A DNA stretch of 45,537 nt, the filler included, from Jimgerdemannia flammicorona (lineage: Eukaryota), in assembly GCA_003990765.1 (NCBI GenBank). It is 2 parts of 2 records of this genome, joined end to end, with 100 filler letters (N's around TTAATTAATTAA, not from the genome) between each part and the next. Parts side by side here need not be neighbours in the genome. Positions count along the whole stretch, not along the records: positions 1 to 22,720 come from RBNJ01001218.1; positions 22,821 to 45,537 come from RBNJ01001219.1. One strand, given 5' to 3'. The notes beneath the pieces are model-generated. The model was not told where the DNA came from and did no database searches. It saw only the letters and a program-made list of their open reading frames with translations. Both the position numbers and the translations under genes were made by a program. Shown piece after piece: positions 13,602 through 24,981 of this stretch; within the stretch, counting starts at the first letter, position 1, and every line of letters begins with the position of its first letter.

Positions 13602-14633
13602 ATGAAGGACAACAGGTGGAACCCTTCATATAGTATCTATGGTCCAGACAATGCCTCATACAATCAGTACAATCAGCAAGAAGAAGAGGAATAGCAAAAC
13701 CCTACTCAGTCGAATGGGGCCATCAAGAGTCTTTTGTAGACTACATTAGCTCAGATTGCTCAACTTCAAGAATACATAGAAAGAAAGGAAAACAAGGCCC
13801 CTGCTCATACCTCTGCACCTCCACCAACATCAATACATCCAACAGCAGTCACTATCAAGCCTCAGAAGCCCAACACCTTTGATGGTCAAAGAGGAAGACT
13901 ATCTACCAATACCTGGCTTTTCCAATTGGAGCAATATGGAGAACTGACCAATTTGGAAGAAGCAACACTAGTCCAATTTGCCACCACACTCCTCCAAGAG
14001 AATGCTGCAATCTGGTAGCAAAATCATGTCCAGAATACCAGATTCTCTGGCTGAATCAAGACCTGGGGTGAATTCTCTGATGCTATTCAAGGCCAATTCA
14101 AACCAGTCAACAGCACCAAGGCCACACAAGACCATCTGGCAAATGTCAAACAACTCAAGTCTGTATAAGTATACAATGCACAATTCCTGTCAATTCTGCT
14201 AGAATTATCACATGTCACTGAAGACGAGAAGGTCAACAAGTACATCTGAGGTCTGAAAGGTCAAACCCGAGTTCGTGTTGAACTAGAAGAATCCAAGGAC
14301 CTAGATACAGCAATGAAAATTGCTGATAGGTTTGATGTCATCACCTATGGTCATTGCTTTGAATAGAAGAGACCACCTTTCAACAACAACAACCACAGAA
14401 GGGAGGAACCCAAAGTCAGAACTGTTGGACCTGCCCCTATAGACCTAGACACCATTGACAAGAGCAAGAAAGGCAAGCTTATACCCAAGGAAAAGGAGTG
14501 TCTCAAGAAGGCTGGAACCTGCTTCTTTTGCCATCAGCCTGGTCACATTGTAACCAAATGTCCCAAGAAAACCGCAGAATCAAAGAGGATTCTGGTCCTG
14601 TCCAAAGACACTCAAGGTCAACCAGTTGAATAA
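13602..14633 (+). pseudogene. gag: gag of element C
   Basis: KPQKPNTFDG, WLFQLEQY, capsid-like helices and intact CCHC knuckle CFFCHQPGHIVTKC at ~14520-14561. Confidence 0.9.
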
Positions 14634-15055
14634 GAAGTTGTACTCAATTTCATGCAAGTCAACCCCAAGGCCCAGATCCCCCAAGCACAGTCAGAAGGAG
14701 CCATTAGTTTGGACCTTCAAGCAGTACAACAAGTTACTATTCCAGCACATGAAAGAAGGCTCATTCCAACTGGCCTTTCAGTCGAAATCCCCAAGGAACA
14801 TTATGCAAGAATTGCACTAAGATCTGGCCTTAGTTTCAAGTACTCATTAGATGTTGGTGCTAGAGTCATTGACCCTGACTTCTGAGGTAAAATGCAAGTC
14901 CTGCTTGTTAACCACAAGAACCAACCATACACTATCAATGAAGGAGACAGAATTGTGCAACTCATTCTGAAATGAGCCACTCTACCAGTCATCAAAGAAG
15001 TCACCAAGCTGTCTCCAACTAAGTGAGATCAGAAAGACTTTGGTAGTACTGATAA
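14634..15055 (+). pseudogene. dut: dUTPase domain of element C, between gag and protease
   Basis: All five motif regions: AISLDL, IALRSGLS, VIDPDF*GKMQVLLVN, GDRIVQLI, KDFGST. Confidence 0.95.
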
Positions 15056-18000
15056 AGTTGCAAGCATAGCTAAGAACTGAGCCAATTCAATGCTCATTTC
15101 CAAAGGTCTAGTCAAGGGACAAGAACTAGATGTTCTTATAGACAGTGGAGCTGTTGGGAACTTCATCAATAAGAACCTCATTGATAAGCTCAAGATTCTC
15201 ACCAAACTAGCTGGTAAGAATGGTAGAGTTGTCACTGCAGATGGCACTATCTTACCAATTGACTCAATTGCTACTAAACTTCCCCTCAAGATCCAGAAGT
15301 ATTGGGAACATTTAGATTTCGAGGTAGCACCACTAGGAGACCATGATCTGATCCTAGGCAAACCCTGGCTTACATGGCACAACCCTCAGATTGATTGGAC
15401 CAAGAATGAAGTCACCTTGATTCAGGATGGAGCCAATATTACCATCAAGCTCAACAAGACTCAGACAAGAACCCCAATTGCTACTCTTTCAGCAATTCAG
15501 TTCAAGAAGGCCCTTAAGAAAGCTACCTGTGCCTTTGTGGCACTGATCTGACCAAAGAAAGAAGACAAGAAGCTATCAATTAGTGAAAGCATCAAGTTAC
15601 TGCTGAACAAGTACAAGGATGTCTTCCCAGACAAACTACCTGGTCTACCACCTTCAAGAGACCATGACCACGAAATCAAGTTGGTACCTGATGCAGCTAT
15701 ACCTAAGAAGAAAATGTACCACATGTCTCCACTCGAAATTGAAGCAGTCAAGAAGGAACTCAATGAACTCATCGAGTGAGGAGCCATTCAGCCAAGCAAG
15801 TCACCCTTTGGTTCCCCAGTCCTATTTGTCAAGAAAAAGGATAATACTCTGCAAATGTGTATAGACTACCATGCACTCAACAAGATCACAGTCAAGAACT
15901 ACTATCTGCTACTGCTCATAGATCAAATCTTTAATGCTCTTATGTAAGAATGCCAAGTACTTCACCAAGATTGATCTCACCTCTGGGTATCACCAAATTC
16001 GAATCAAGCCAGAAGACATACCCAAGACTGCCTTCATGACACCCTTTAGACTCTACGACTTTCTAGTCATGGCCTTTGGTCTCACCAATGTGCCAGCAAT
16101 CTTTCAAGATCTCATATAAACTGTCTTCAAGGATCAGCTCTATATCTTCATACTTGTATATATTGATGACATCCTGATCTTCAGTAGCACTGAAGAAGAA
16201 CACCTCAAGTACATCAAACAAGTCCTCAAGATCCTCTGTGAGAACAAGCTCTATGCAAAGCTCAAGAAATGTGAATTTTTCAAGAATCAAGTTGAATACC
16301 TTGGACACATTATATCAGCCAAAAGAATTCAAGTAGACCCAAGGAAAATACAAGCCATTGAACAGTGGCCTGTACCAGCAAACCTCACTGAACTCAGGTC
16401 CTTTCTTGGTCTGGCTGGATACTACCATCGATTTGTCAAGAACTTCTCTAGTATCGCAGAATCTTTGACAAATCTCCTGTGAAAGGAACCAAACTCTGAC
16501 CTCTATGTCCTCTACATCTGAGATGCTTTCTATCAACAAGCTTTTCAAGAACTCAAGAACTGCCTGACTCATGCACCTGTCCTTAGAAATATAGACCCAA
16601 ACTTGAAGTTCATAGTCACTACAGATACATCTAACTTTGCCATTGGTGCAGTCATTTCTCAAGATGATGGTCAAGGACACTGACCTATTGCCTTTGAGTC
16701 AAGAAAATTGTCCCCAGCAGAACAAAAGCTGGCTACTCATGAAAAGGAACTCCTGGCAATCATACATGTCCTCAAGACCTGGTGACACTATCTAGAAGGA
16801 GTTGAGTTCAATGTGATCACTAATTACAGATCCCTTCAGTATATCAACACTTAACCAACCCTCTCTTGCCAACAAGCCAAGTGGAGTCAACTGCTTCAGA
16901 CCTTTACCCCAAACATTATCTATAAGTCTGGCAAAACTCTAGTTGTATCAGATGCACTTTCAAGGAGACCTGATCTTACTGTAATTTTACAAGTCACCAT
17001 GGTACCTGAATTCCTCAACCAGATCAAGAGGCATATGAACAAGACTCTCTGGTTCTACAAAGGAATACCAAGGAATTCAAGGAAAAGTACACCATCAAGG
17101 ACAACCTCATGTACTATCAAGACAAAGTATATATTTCTGCCAACCCTGAACTACAGTATAAGATTCTTCATGAACACTATGACTCCTCACTAGCTGGCCA
17201 CCTTGGAACTGAGAAGACTATCAAGAATATCCAATGAGACTACTACTGGCCAAACATGCTCAAGGAAATCAAGAAGTATGTCCAAAGCTATGATCTTTGC
17301 TAAAGAAACAAGTCAAGCAATCAAGCATCTGCCAGTCTTCTACAACCCTTGTCAATTCTGACCAAGAAGTTCGAACAAGTCACAATGGACTTCATTGTGC
17401 AACTCCCATAAACCAAAACAGGCTATGATGCTATTGTTGTGTTTGTGGACTGTCTCACCAAGATTACAATTGCCAAACCAACTACAACTAATGCCACTAC
17501 CCCAGAAATTGCAAGAATCTTCTTCAAGACTGTCTTTCGCCATTATGGACTTCTCCAAGTAATTATCAATGACCATGACCCCAAGTTCACAAGCCACTTC
17601 TGGCAAGCACTCTTCAAGACCCTTGGAACCCAAATTGCTATGTTCACTGCCTTTCACCCTCAAACTGATGGACAGACCAAGCGAATGAACAGAACACTTG
17701 AACAAATGCTCAGAAACTATATATCTTATGAGCAAGATGATTGGGACCACTATCTGACCTATACTGAGTTTGCCTACAACAATGCCAACCAATCATCAAC
17801 TGGTCTTTCCCCATTTCAGCTACTTCATGGTCAAAATCCCAAGACCCCTGCAAGCCTAGTCTCATTCCAGCAATCCAGTTACACACAAGTTCCCACAGTC
17901 CAGAACCTTATCAACAAAATGGATTTCCTTCTCAAGATCACCACTATGAACCTGCAAAAGGCTCAGCAATATCAAGCTAAGTATGTAGATAAGAAGCGGC

Positions 18001-18436
18001 GAGATGTCATATACAACATTAGTGATATGGTTTTACTCAAAGCCAACAACATCAAGACTCAATCTCAAGTCAACTGCCAGTCAGCCAAATTCCAGCCTAA
18101 GTACCTTAGACCCTTCAAGATCACTGAGCAAATATCTACCTGGTCTTACCATCTCAACTTGTCAACAACTATACATATACACCCAGTATTCCATGTATCA
18201 CAACTCAAGGCCTGGAACCAGTCACCCTCATACTCTGGCCGAATTCCAACACCATCAGCACCAGTCATAGTTGAAGACCACATCAAGTATGAAGTCAAGA
18301 AAATTTTAGACAAGCGAGTCTGATACCATCACACAGAATATCTAGTCAAGTGGATGGGTTACCCTGAATATGATGCCACCTGGAAACCTACCACCAATCT
18401 CAAGAACTCCTAAGATCTCATCCAAGAGTTCAAGTA
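15056..18436 (+). pseudogene. pol: Protease-RT-RNase H-integrase-chromodomain of element C
   Basis: [61 protein letters not shown]; chromodomain YEVKKILDKR..EYLVKWMGYPEYDATW at ~18288-18436. Confidence 0.95.
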
Positions 18437-18752
18437 AAAAGGAACTCATTGACTACCCATGAGGTTCTTCCCTTGGATAGTAGATGACCTACTGTGCTAA
18501 TCAGGCACATTATGCATTGGAGCTCTCTAAGGGATACAGTATCAGAAGCAAGAGATATAGGAAAACCCTATAAATCCTGCAACCAATGAGGTTTGAACCA
18601 GTTCTCATCCGATCAAGATGATACTTTGGCCCTTACCTTATACAAGGACAGCCAATCCTTACCAATGAGTTGATATATTTAATTTGAAGTTTCTTTTAGT
18701 CTTATTGTTTATTATATATAACTTTGAGAATTCAACAAGGATGTTGATTCTT

Positions 18753-18765
18753 AAGGAGGGGGAGA
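18753..18765 (+). promoter_or_regulatory. Polypurine tract of element C
   Basis: AAGGAGGGGGAGA immediately before the 3' LTR. Confidence 0.9.
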
Positions 18766-19169
18766 TGTAACATTTTAGCATAGTTTATTTCTTTTCCTTG
18801 TCTTTCTTCAATATTCTATGACCTTCCGGTACTTTCCGAATGCTTAGAAATCCTTTCTTGGTGCTGAGCATTAACTAGTACTTATTTAGTTAGTCACTGA
18901 ATGTCCTGGAAACTTGTAGAACTTTATTTGTCATCATTTGTCATCTTTGCCAAGAACTTTCCTCTTGGCATTTTCCTTTGATTTCTCAGATCCTTCTGGA
19001 TCCTTCTTTCAGATCTTGTATAAATATCTCCTTTGTTCTCATGAATAAAGCCTCAGAATATTTTCTCTCAGAAATCCTTTGAAGAACACTTGAATTCTTA
19101 GTATCTCTTCAAGCTACTTAAGACCACCAGACTTAGTTGCTTCCTTATTTAGAAACTAGAACCATTACA
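18766..19169 (+). repeat. 3' LTR of element C
   Basis: Direct repeat of 13130-13533, followed by the ACTAT TSD. Confidence 0.97.
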
Positions 19170-19855
19170 ACTATAGTCAAGTTTATCTATAATAACAGTA
19201 AGCAAGCTTCTCTTAGAATGATCCTGTTCTTTACCAATATAGGACAAAACCTGAACACCTCTCTGATACTTATCTGAACTACTGATAAATTCTCTACTAT
19301 TGAAGCTATTGAAGAATTTCTGCTCTAAATATATAATTTAAGTCAGATTGCAATTGAGAATTTATTCTGAGCTCAAAAACAACAGTTACAGTATATCAAC
19401 CAGCACTACTGAGAAGAAACTTTTGATATTAGAGAAAAAGTTCTACTAGATATCTGAGGATACTAAGTTGACAACCTCAAGCACAGACTATCTATAAAGC
19501 TGAATAGTAAATTTATTAGACCATTTGAAGTCATTGTACAAGTCTCTCTAATCTTCTATAAATTGATACTACCAGATACTATTAAGATTTACCCAGTCTT
19601 CAATATCCAATATCTCAAGTAATATAATAAAAATGATGATGAGCTATTCCTGAATCAAACTGCAAAACTGCCTGCACCTATCATTATTAATGACCAAGAA
19701 GAATATAAAGTTGAACAAATCCTCAACAAATGTAGCCACAAGAACCATTCCAAATATCTTGTCAAATAGAAAGGTTAACTAATCTATGATGTAATATGGG
19801 AACTCAAGACCAACCTCCAGGATGTCACCAACTTAGTTCAAGAATATAATTCTTG
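19170..19855 (+). pseudogene. pol: Integrase C-terminus (GPF/Y region) and chromodomain of family B
   Basis: KLNSKFIRPFEVI, IYPVFNI, EEYKVEQILNK..KYLVK*KG..DVIWE. Confidence 0.9.
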
Positions 19856-20295
19856 AATAACTGAAATCTAAATACTCTAATACCTATTAGTTATATACTA
19901 TATATTACTCCTCCTAAATATCAAGTACCTTTATAATTATTATAAATAAAATCAAGAACTCAGTAAGATAAAACAAGAGAATACTAACTCTCTAAAAAAA
20001 ATAGCAAAACTAAAAGTCAGCCTATTCTCCCTATATCACTGATGAGAAATGAGGTATAGACATTTAAGAAGATTCCTTAGAGGAAATTCCCCAGTAGTAA
20101 ATGATATCAGAATTACTTTCAGCATATAACATTAAATATATGACCCTTTAATATGTGAATCTAATATATTAGATAACTATACTATGAGCATACTACTTTC
20201 TGAAAAAAAATGAAAGTTACTAAACTTTTGACCATCTAAATAGTATAACAATACTAGACCAAAATTAGAAGACTTTGACAAAGATGTCAAAAGCT

Positions 20296-20308
20296 AAGAA
20301 GGGGAGAG
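20296..20308 (+). promoter_or_regulatory. Polypurine tract of family B
   Basis: AAGAAGGGGAGAG followed by T and TGTAAG at 20310; same context as in element C. Confidence 0.85.
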
Positions 20309-20309
20309 T

Positions 20310-21589
20310 TGTAAGTGCACAACCTCTAAGCCACCAAAATCACATATTATTCCCAGAACAAATCTGGAAATCATATGTAAGATTATGAAGCTAAGTCAAA
20401 CTAAAGTTATAGTATTTATAAAGCTGAGTCAACTTGAAGTTACAGAATATAAGATTTATATAAATAAAATCTTATCAATTAAAACCAAATATATATATAC
20501 CCAGTACTCAGATACATCAAAATAGAGAACTATAACAAACTAAACAAATAATCCCAATTCTTAAATATATATACAAATATGACTACCAAGATCTATAACT
20601 GCATCCATGCTAATATTTGGAATATCATTGTCAACTGAGCCACACTCCCTCTGCTCCTCATGAATATCCATAGCCTAGTATCTCTTTACTTCATAGAAGT
20701 CTGATGAAATGTCCTGAACATACTTAGCAAGATCTACCAAATTGGACAAATCTCAAACTACTATTAGATCAGCCACCTTCTAGAAGATATGATTGAACAT
20801 TACTATGATATAGATATTATCCAGATGTCTCAATACCAGAAACTCATCATCTGCAAACACTAAGAACTTTTTTATGAGTACAGCACCTTTATTCCCTACC
20901 TCTGAGTTACTATCACTGAAATAATTGCCACTCTGTCCTATGACCAAATCAATAATATGATATAAAAACTTAATTATAAGTATATTGAATACATTCAAAC
21001 TACAGACAGAACCTTTCCACACTCTGATGACTATATCCTACAAATACCTTAAGTCAGATATACTATGAAGGATGTTTATGATATAATCTGGTTTAATAAT
21101 AATGAAGTAAAAGATAATGATCCCTCTGATACTGACATGACCTTCAGCCAAGAATCTCTGCCAACCTTGATAACTCTGCCAACCCTATTGATAAACTTAC
21201 AATAGTTCATAATCACTTATGAGACCTATTGAGAAAATAGCCACTAGTATAAATACCAACCTATATTTATCTCCAATTACTTTAACTATAATGAAGAGAT
21301 TGGAGAACACAATCTGTACCTCCAGACAACTCTTGAGATTAAACCTACAACTTCACTACCTAAGTATAAGTAATATAAAGAACAACTGCCAGCATACTAC
21401 AACTCTATAACTCATAGTACTGTCACCTATAAAAGATATGCAGACAGCAAATCTAATAAAAGTGAAGATGATATATCTCTCCTTTACTTACTAACTCCTT
21501 ACCTAGCATATGAGACAGATGATGCTATCTTATAGGATAGTAATGAAGTTCTAATATATTATTATCTTAGCAAATAGAGAAAAGTAATC

Positions 21590-21591
<2 letters not shown>
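20310..21591 (+). repeat. Start of a long 3' LTR of family B, cut by a retroposon
   Basis: Begins TGT right after the PPT; a second copy begins at the same boundary at ~34527. Confidence 0.65.

Positions 21592-21592
<1 letters not shown>
20579..21592 (+). pseudogene. Decayed ORF of unknown product (at least 337 codons) downstream of the family B PPT
   Basis: One frame from ATG (MTTKIYNCIHANIWNIIVN...) with about 14 stops. A TAG here aligns with CAA in the 34.8-35.3 kb copy, and several differences are synonymous. Confidence 0.55.
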
Positions 21593-21628
<36 letters not shown>

Positions 21629-22593
21629 GACTCATGTCCCACAGAATTTTATTAGAAGGGAACCTAAACTATATAGGCCAAAACCCTCCCCCATTACCCA
21701 CCAAGCACTGCCCTCCCATTAACTTAGGCTAGCTATTATCCAGCAGCTTGATCATACCAGGCATAGCAGGGCCTGCACCTCATTCTGTATATCATGCTCT
21801 CCCTACTATCAGAGGAAACCCAACCATATACCAATGACCAAAAGTGTATACCTGAGAATCTAACATATGTACAAGGCCATGCCTGAGCCAAATAGAATAG
21901 CCCCTGCCACCTCAAAGAGAATGACAGGCAAAGACAAACTCTCATCAAAGCACAACATGGTGGATAGGGCCTGGTTCTCCCAGTCGAGATGAGTAAAGAA
22001 CTTATATATGAGGCAGGAGGAAACCTCCAATACCCCACTACTCAAGCCTACAGGCTTTGATTACATTGTTATATCAGCTCTCGGTTTCAGTTGAGTGTAG
22101 TCAAGATGCCTGAAATAGGTAGTCTTGGGCCCCCTGACCCCTCCTGATGACTGGGGCCCAACCTCGCTGACTGCTAAAAGAAGCCGAGAGTGATACCTAC
22201 TACCTAACTATGCTGCACCAATCAAAAGACCCCACCGAAGCAGCATCTGCCCCAGCCCTGACAACTACCCCCAGCCTGATACCCTACTGGTTCACTATTA
22301 TCGCCCTTCCTCTTATCTGTAATGGCCATCTCCCCTCCCATCCCAACAACACCTGAAAAGCAGTCACCTACACCAGAACTACACTTGCTGGGAAGCTCGC
22401 CAAAGTCAGAGGACCCTACCACAGACACTGAAGACCTACAGGTAATCTACACTGAGCACTTGATGCCCAAGGTCAGCTGACTACCTATATAGCCTGAGAT
22501 ACACTGAGACACTACCTTGTTGGTGATAGCAAAAGGAAGAAGGTGCCACACTAAAACAGATATACTCTAGATATAGCTAAAGACACCAGAAAC
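21592..22593 (-). mobile_element. Polyadenylated non-LTR retroposon, 3' part (copy 1)
   Basis: 33-nt poly(T) at 21592-21624; body is the reverse complement homolog of ~36255-37230. Confidence 0.85.
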
Positions 22594-22720
22594 TAGTGCT
22601 CCTAACGAGTCAATTTAATCCGGATTGGATTCGGATTGATTCGGATTGAATCCCATCCGGATCAACTCGGATGGGATTCGAATCCCATCCGGATGGATTC
22701 GAATCGGATTCGAATCGGAT
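22594..22720. mobile_element. Probable DNA transposon terminus (hAT-like) with CGGAT/ATCCG subterminal repeats
   Basis: Abrupt junction starting TAGTGCTC, then dense GATTCGGAT/ATCCGGAT motifs in both orientations with CpG intact; runs into the gap. Confidence 0.45.
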
Positions 22721-22820
22721 NNNNNNNNNNNNNNNNNNNNNNNNNNNNNNNNNNNNNNNNNNNNTTAATTAATTAANNNNNNNNNNNNNNNNNNNNNNNN
22801 NNNNNNNNNNNNNNNNNNNN
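22721..22820. other. Artificial assembly spacer (N44-TTAATTAATTAA-N44)
   Basis: Exactly 100 bp with a six-frame stop linker in the middle. Confidence 0.97.
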
Positions 22821-22980
22821 CATACCACACATCCTGCAATAGGAAGAGATCTGCCTCCAGACCCTTCAACCAGCTAAAAATGTTTCTACGCCGTTTTGCC
22901 CCCCTTAGCCCATTGACGTTCAAAGAAAAGATTCTAGTTGTACTGTTTATATTGAATAATGTTGGTAGGGATATCACAAT

Positions 22981-23440
22981 CTAGAACTCCATGCTTCTCC
23001 TGTCCCCCTCCAGATCTCTGCACCGCTCAGCCTCCAACTCGTCCTCCATCACCTCCTGCGCATCCAGTGCCTCCAAGATTTCCTGGCACTCTGCTCCATC
23101 AACTACTTCGAATTCGGTCCGATACTCCCTGCACACTACTCCCCACTTCTCCAACCCTTTCTTCGAGCTCCACAGATAAGCTGCTTGATCATTCGCAATC
23201 ACTCGAAGTTCCTCCTCTCGCTGATCATCGACTTGATACTCCACCGACTCCAGGAGCACTGCCAGAATTTCATTCCGGACCTTCTTTGGCACCTCCTCAC
23301 CACGCAGAATTTCCTCCCAGTGCCTATCACTCATAACCCGGAAGTCCTCACCCCCCAGCTCCTCAGCTGCCACCCCTCCAGAGTCTTCTACAGCTACTTC
23401 TCCTCCTCTACCACTGCCTCGGTGCTCTGGGCACTCCCTT
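22981..23440 (-). CDS. Acidic helical ORF (~130-150 aa) between LINE ORF1 and ORF2
   Basis: Open frame overlapping the ORF1 end in another frame; protein conserved with 28052-28480 (LESVEYQVDDQREEELR). Confidence 0.55.
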
Positions 23441-24899
23441 CCCCCTCAACCACTGGGTCCACCAATGCGATCCTCCTTCCTGACTCATCCCACTCCTCCT
23501 CCAGGACATCAAGAAGCTCCTCCTCACCTCCGATACCTCCCGGGACCCCGTACTGTGTCTGTGCTTCTACGCTCATCTCAGCATCCTCCACCACGCTGCC
23601 CTGCCCTCCTTCCCCATGGACCTCTTGGGCCACCCTTTGATCCACTCTGGGCTCCCCAGCCCAGTCACTTTCCCTCGATCCTACTCCACTTCCTCCCTCT
23701 CCACCTTCCACCGCGCCTCCTCCCAATTTCTCCAGCAGCTCCTTCTGAATACGCCTCCCCTGCATCTTCTCCCAAGTTCCCCGATCCATCCTGATCTTCT
23801 TCCCTTCTACAATTTCCACCACCGTCTTGGCCTCATACTCCTTCCAAGCCAATCATCTCCTCTCGACAGCTCCCGTCAGATCCTCAAGAGCCTCCAGCAA
23901 ATCCTCCTCTTCCTTCAGCGTCCCTTTCACCCGAGAGACCCTGCACTCAACTGGTCCCCACTTCAGCGTCGCCGGCCAGTCCCTCGCCTTCCCTGTGTTC
24001 TCCTGACCAAACAAGCATACTCTTACATCAACGTCTCCAGTCCTAAGTTCCGTACCCTCCCAGACTTTGAACCCGATATCGATGACATCCCCATACTCCT
24101 TGACCACCTCTACAATCAACTCCCTAGCCCTCTCCCACGACACTGTAGGAAGATTCAGCACCGTCAACTGCACCACTCTCGGGTCCCAGCACATTCACCT
24201 CACCATAGGAACTACCACTCCACCCACTACTACCCCTTTCTCCATAGCCTCCAGCATCGACACCTCTTCTTCAAACCCAACCTCAATCCCTTCCTTCCCC
24301 TTCATGAACTTGACCATAGCTGCCCCCTTCACCTCCTGTGCCACCAGCCCCAGAATCATCCTCGCAGTCACTGCCAAGCCTTGGAAACACAATGTGACCG
24401 CAAATTCTGACCTCGACTTTTTGAGTAATGGTGCCGACACCATGCCTGTCACTCCATCAGCCAGGTCCCCGGGCCTCGTGCCCTCCTTCTGTCCGGATCT
24501 GCCAACCACCGTCACATCTGGATTTTTTTCCAGATTCCCCGTCACAGCCCCATCAGCAGTCATATCTCCAACCCCTACTCCCCCTCCCCCCATACCGACT
24601 GAGGCTCCCATGGGGGATCCTCCCTGCCCTCCTTCTGAACCCGGCATCGCCTTCCCCAGTCCCAACCAACCATCCAGCCCTGTGGCCATCTTCCCCATCC
24701 TGACCTTGTCGGCAAAGGTCGCCCTCCCCCCACCTCTCTGCCTCAGTCCACCTCTCCCTCCACCTCCAGCGCCACCGCCCACCACAGATGGCCCTGGCAT
24801 CCCCAAACCATCTCCTCATTTCCTTCCAACCTGCTGCCAGTCGAAGGCACAGCTGCCCCCCTGGCCGACCTGCCCACCAGTTTGCTCATTGCTCGCCAT
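23394..24899 (-). pseudogene. LINE ORF1 (Gly-rich N-terminus, RRM-like middle, acidic tail)
   Basis: Single frame from ATG 24899 through track ORFs 24195-24806, 23853-24194 and 23394-23852, broken only by TGA stops; ATFADKV and VKEYGDVIDI..RTGDVDVRV motifs. Confidence 0.8.
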
Positions 24900-24981
24900 G
24901 TTGATAGTAGCTTTTCACCAAAAACTTCGCAGAAAGTGTTGTCCAAATCTTGTGTCACCAGAATGTTACCGGTGAAAGGCC

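Larger units (their letters stand above)
13130..19169 (+). mobile_element. Complete Ty3/Gypsy chromovirus family C (6.04 kb)
   Basis: Two 404-bp TG..CA LTRs, 5-bp TSD ACTAT, PBS, PPT and gag-dUTPase-PR-RT-RH-IN-chromodomain. Confidence 0.97.
7086..21591 (+). mobile_element. Ty3/Gypsy chromovirus family B (gag-dUTPase-PR-RT-RH-IN-chromo), heavily decayed, interrupted by element C
   Basis: Domains occur in order. Integrase is split at the ACTAT duplication (13125-13129 and 19170-19174). PPT and TGT LTR start at 20296-20315. The 5' boundary is approximate. Confidence 0.85.
22821..24981 (-). mobile_element. L1/Tx1-like LINE 5' portion (5' UTR, ORF1, acidic ORF, start of ORF2), less decayed
   Basis: APE endonuclease start RIFSLNVNGLRG..DLFLLQD; homologous to ~27890-30050; many CpGs retained. 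Confidence 0.9.

Noticed and set aside
18440..18700. Possible small ORF after the element C chromodomain
   Set aside because: Short, multiple stops in every frame, and no second copy to test.
22765..22776. Palindromic TTAATTAATTAA and the ORF 22765-22977 running through Ns
   Set aside because: Artificial contig linker; only the part above 22820 is real.
23616..24975. Long Pro/Ser-rich plus-strand ORFs (264 aa and 302 aa; also 29006-30001)
   Set aside because: Antisense shadows of G-rich LINE ORF1; the recognisable motifs are on the minus strand.
21592..24981. One LINE spanning the gap (tail on the left, head on the right)
   Set aside because: The join is artificial, another element intervenes, and the tail does not visibly match the L1 3' end at 6400-7085.
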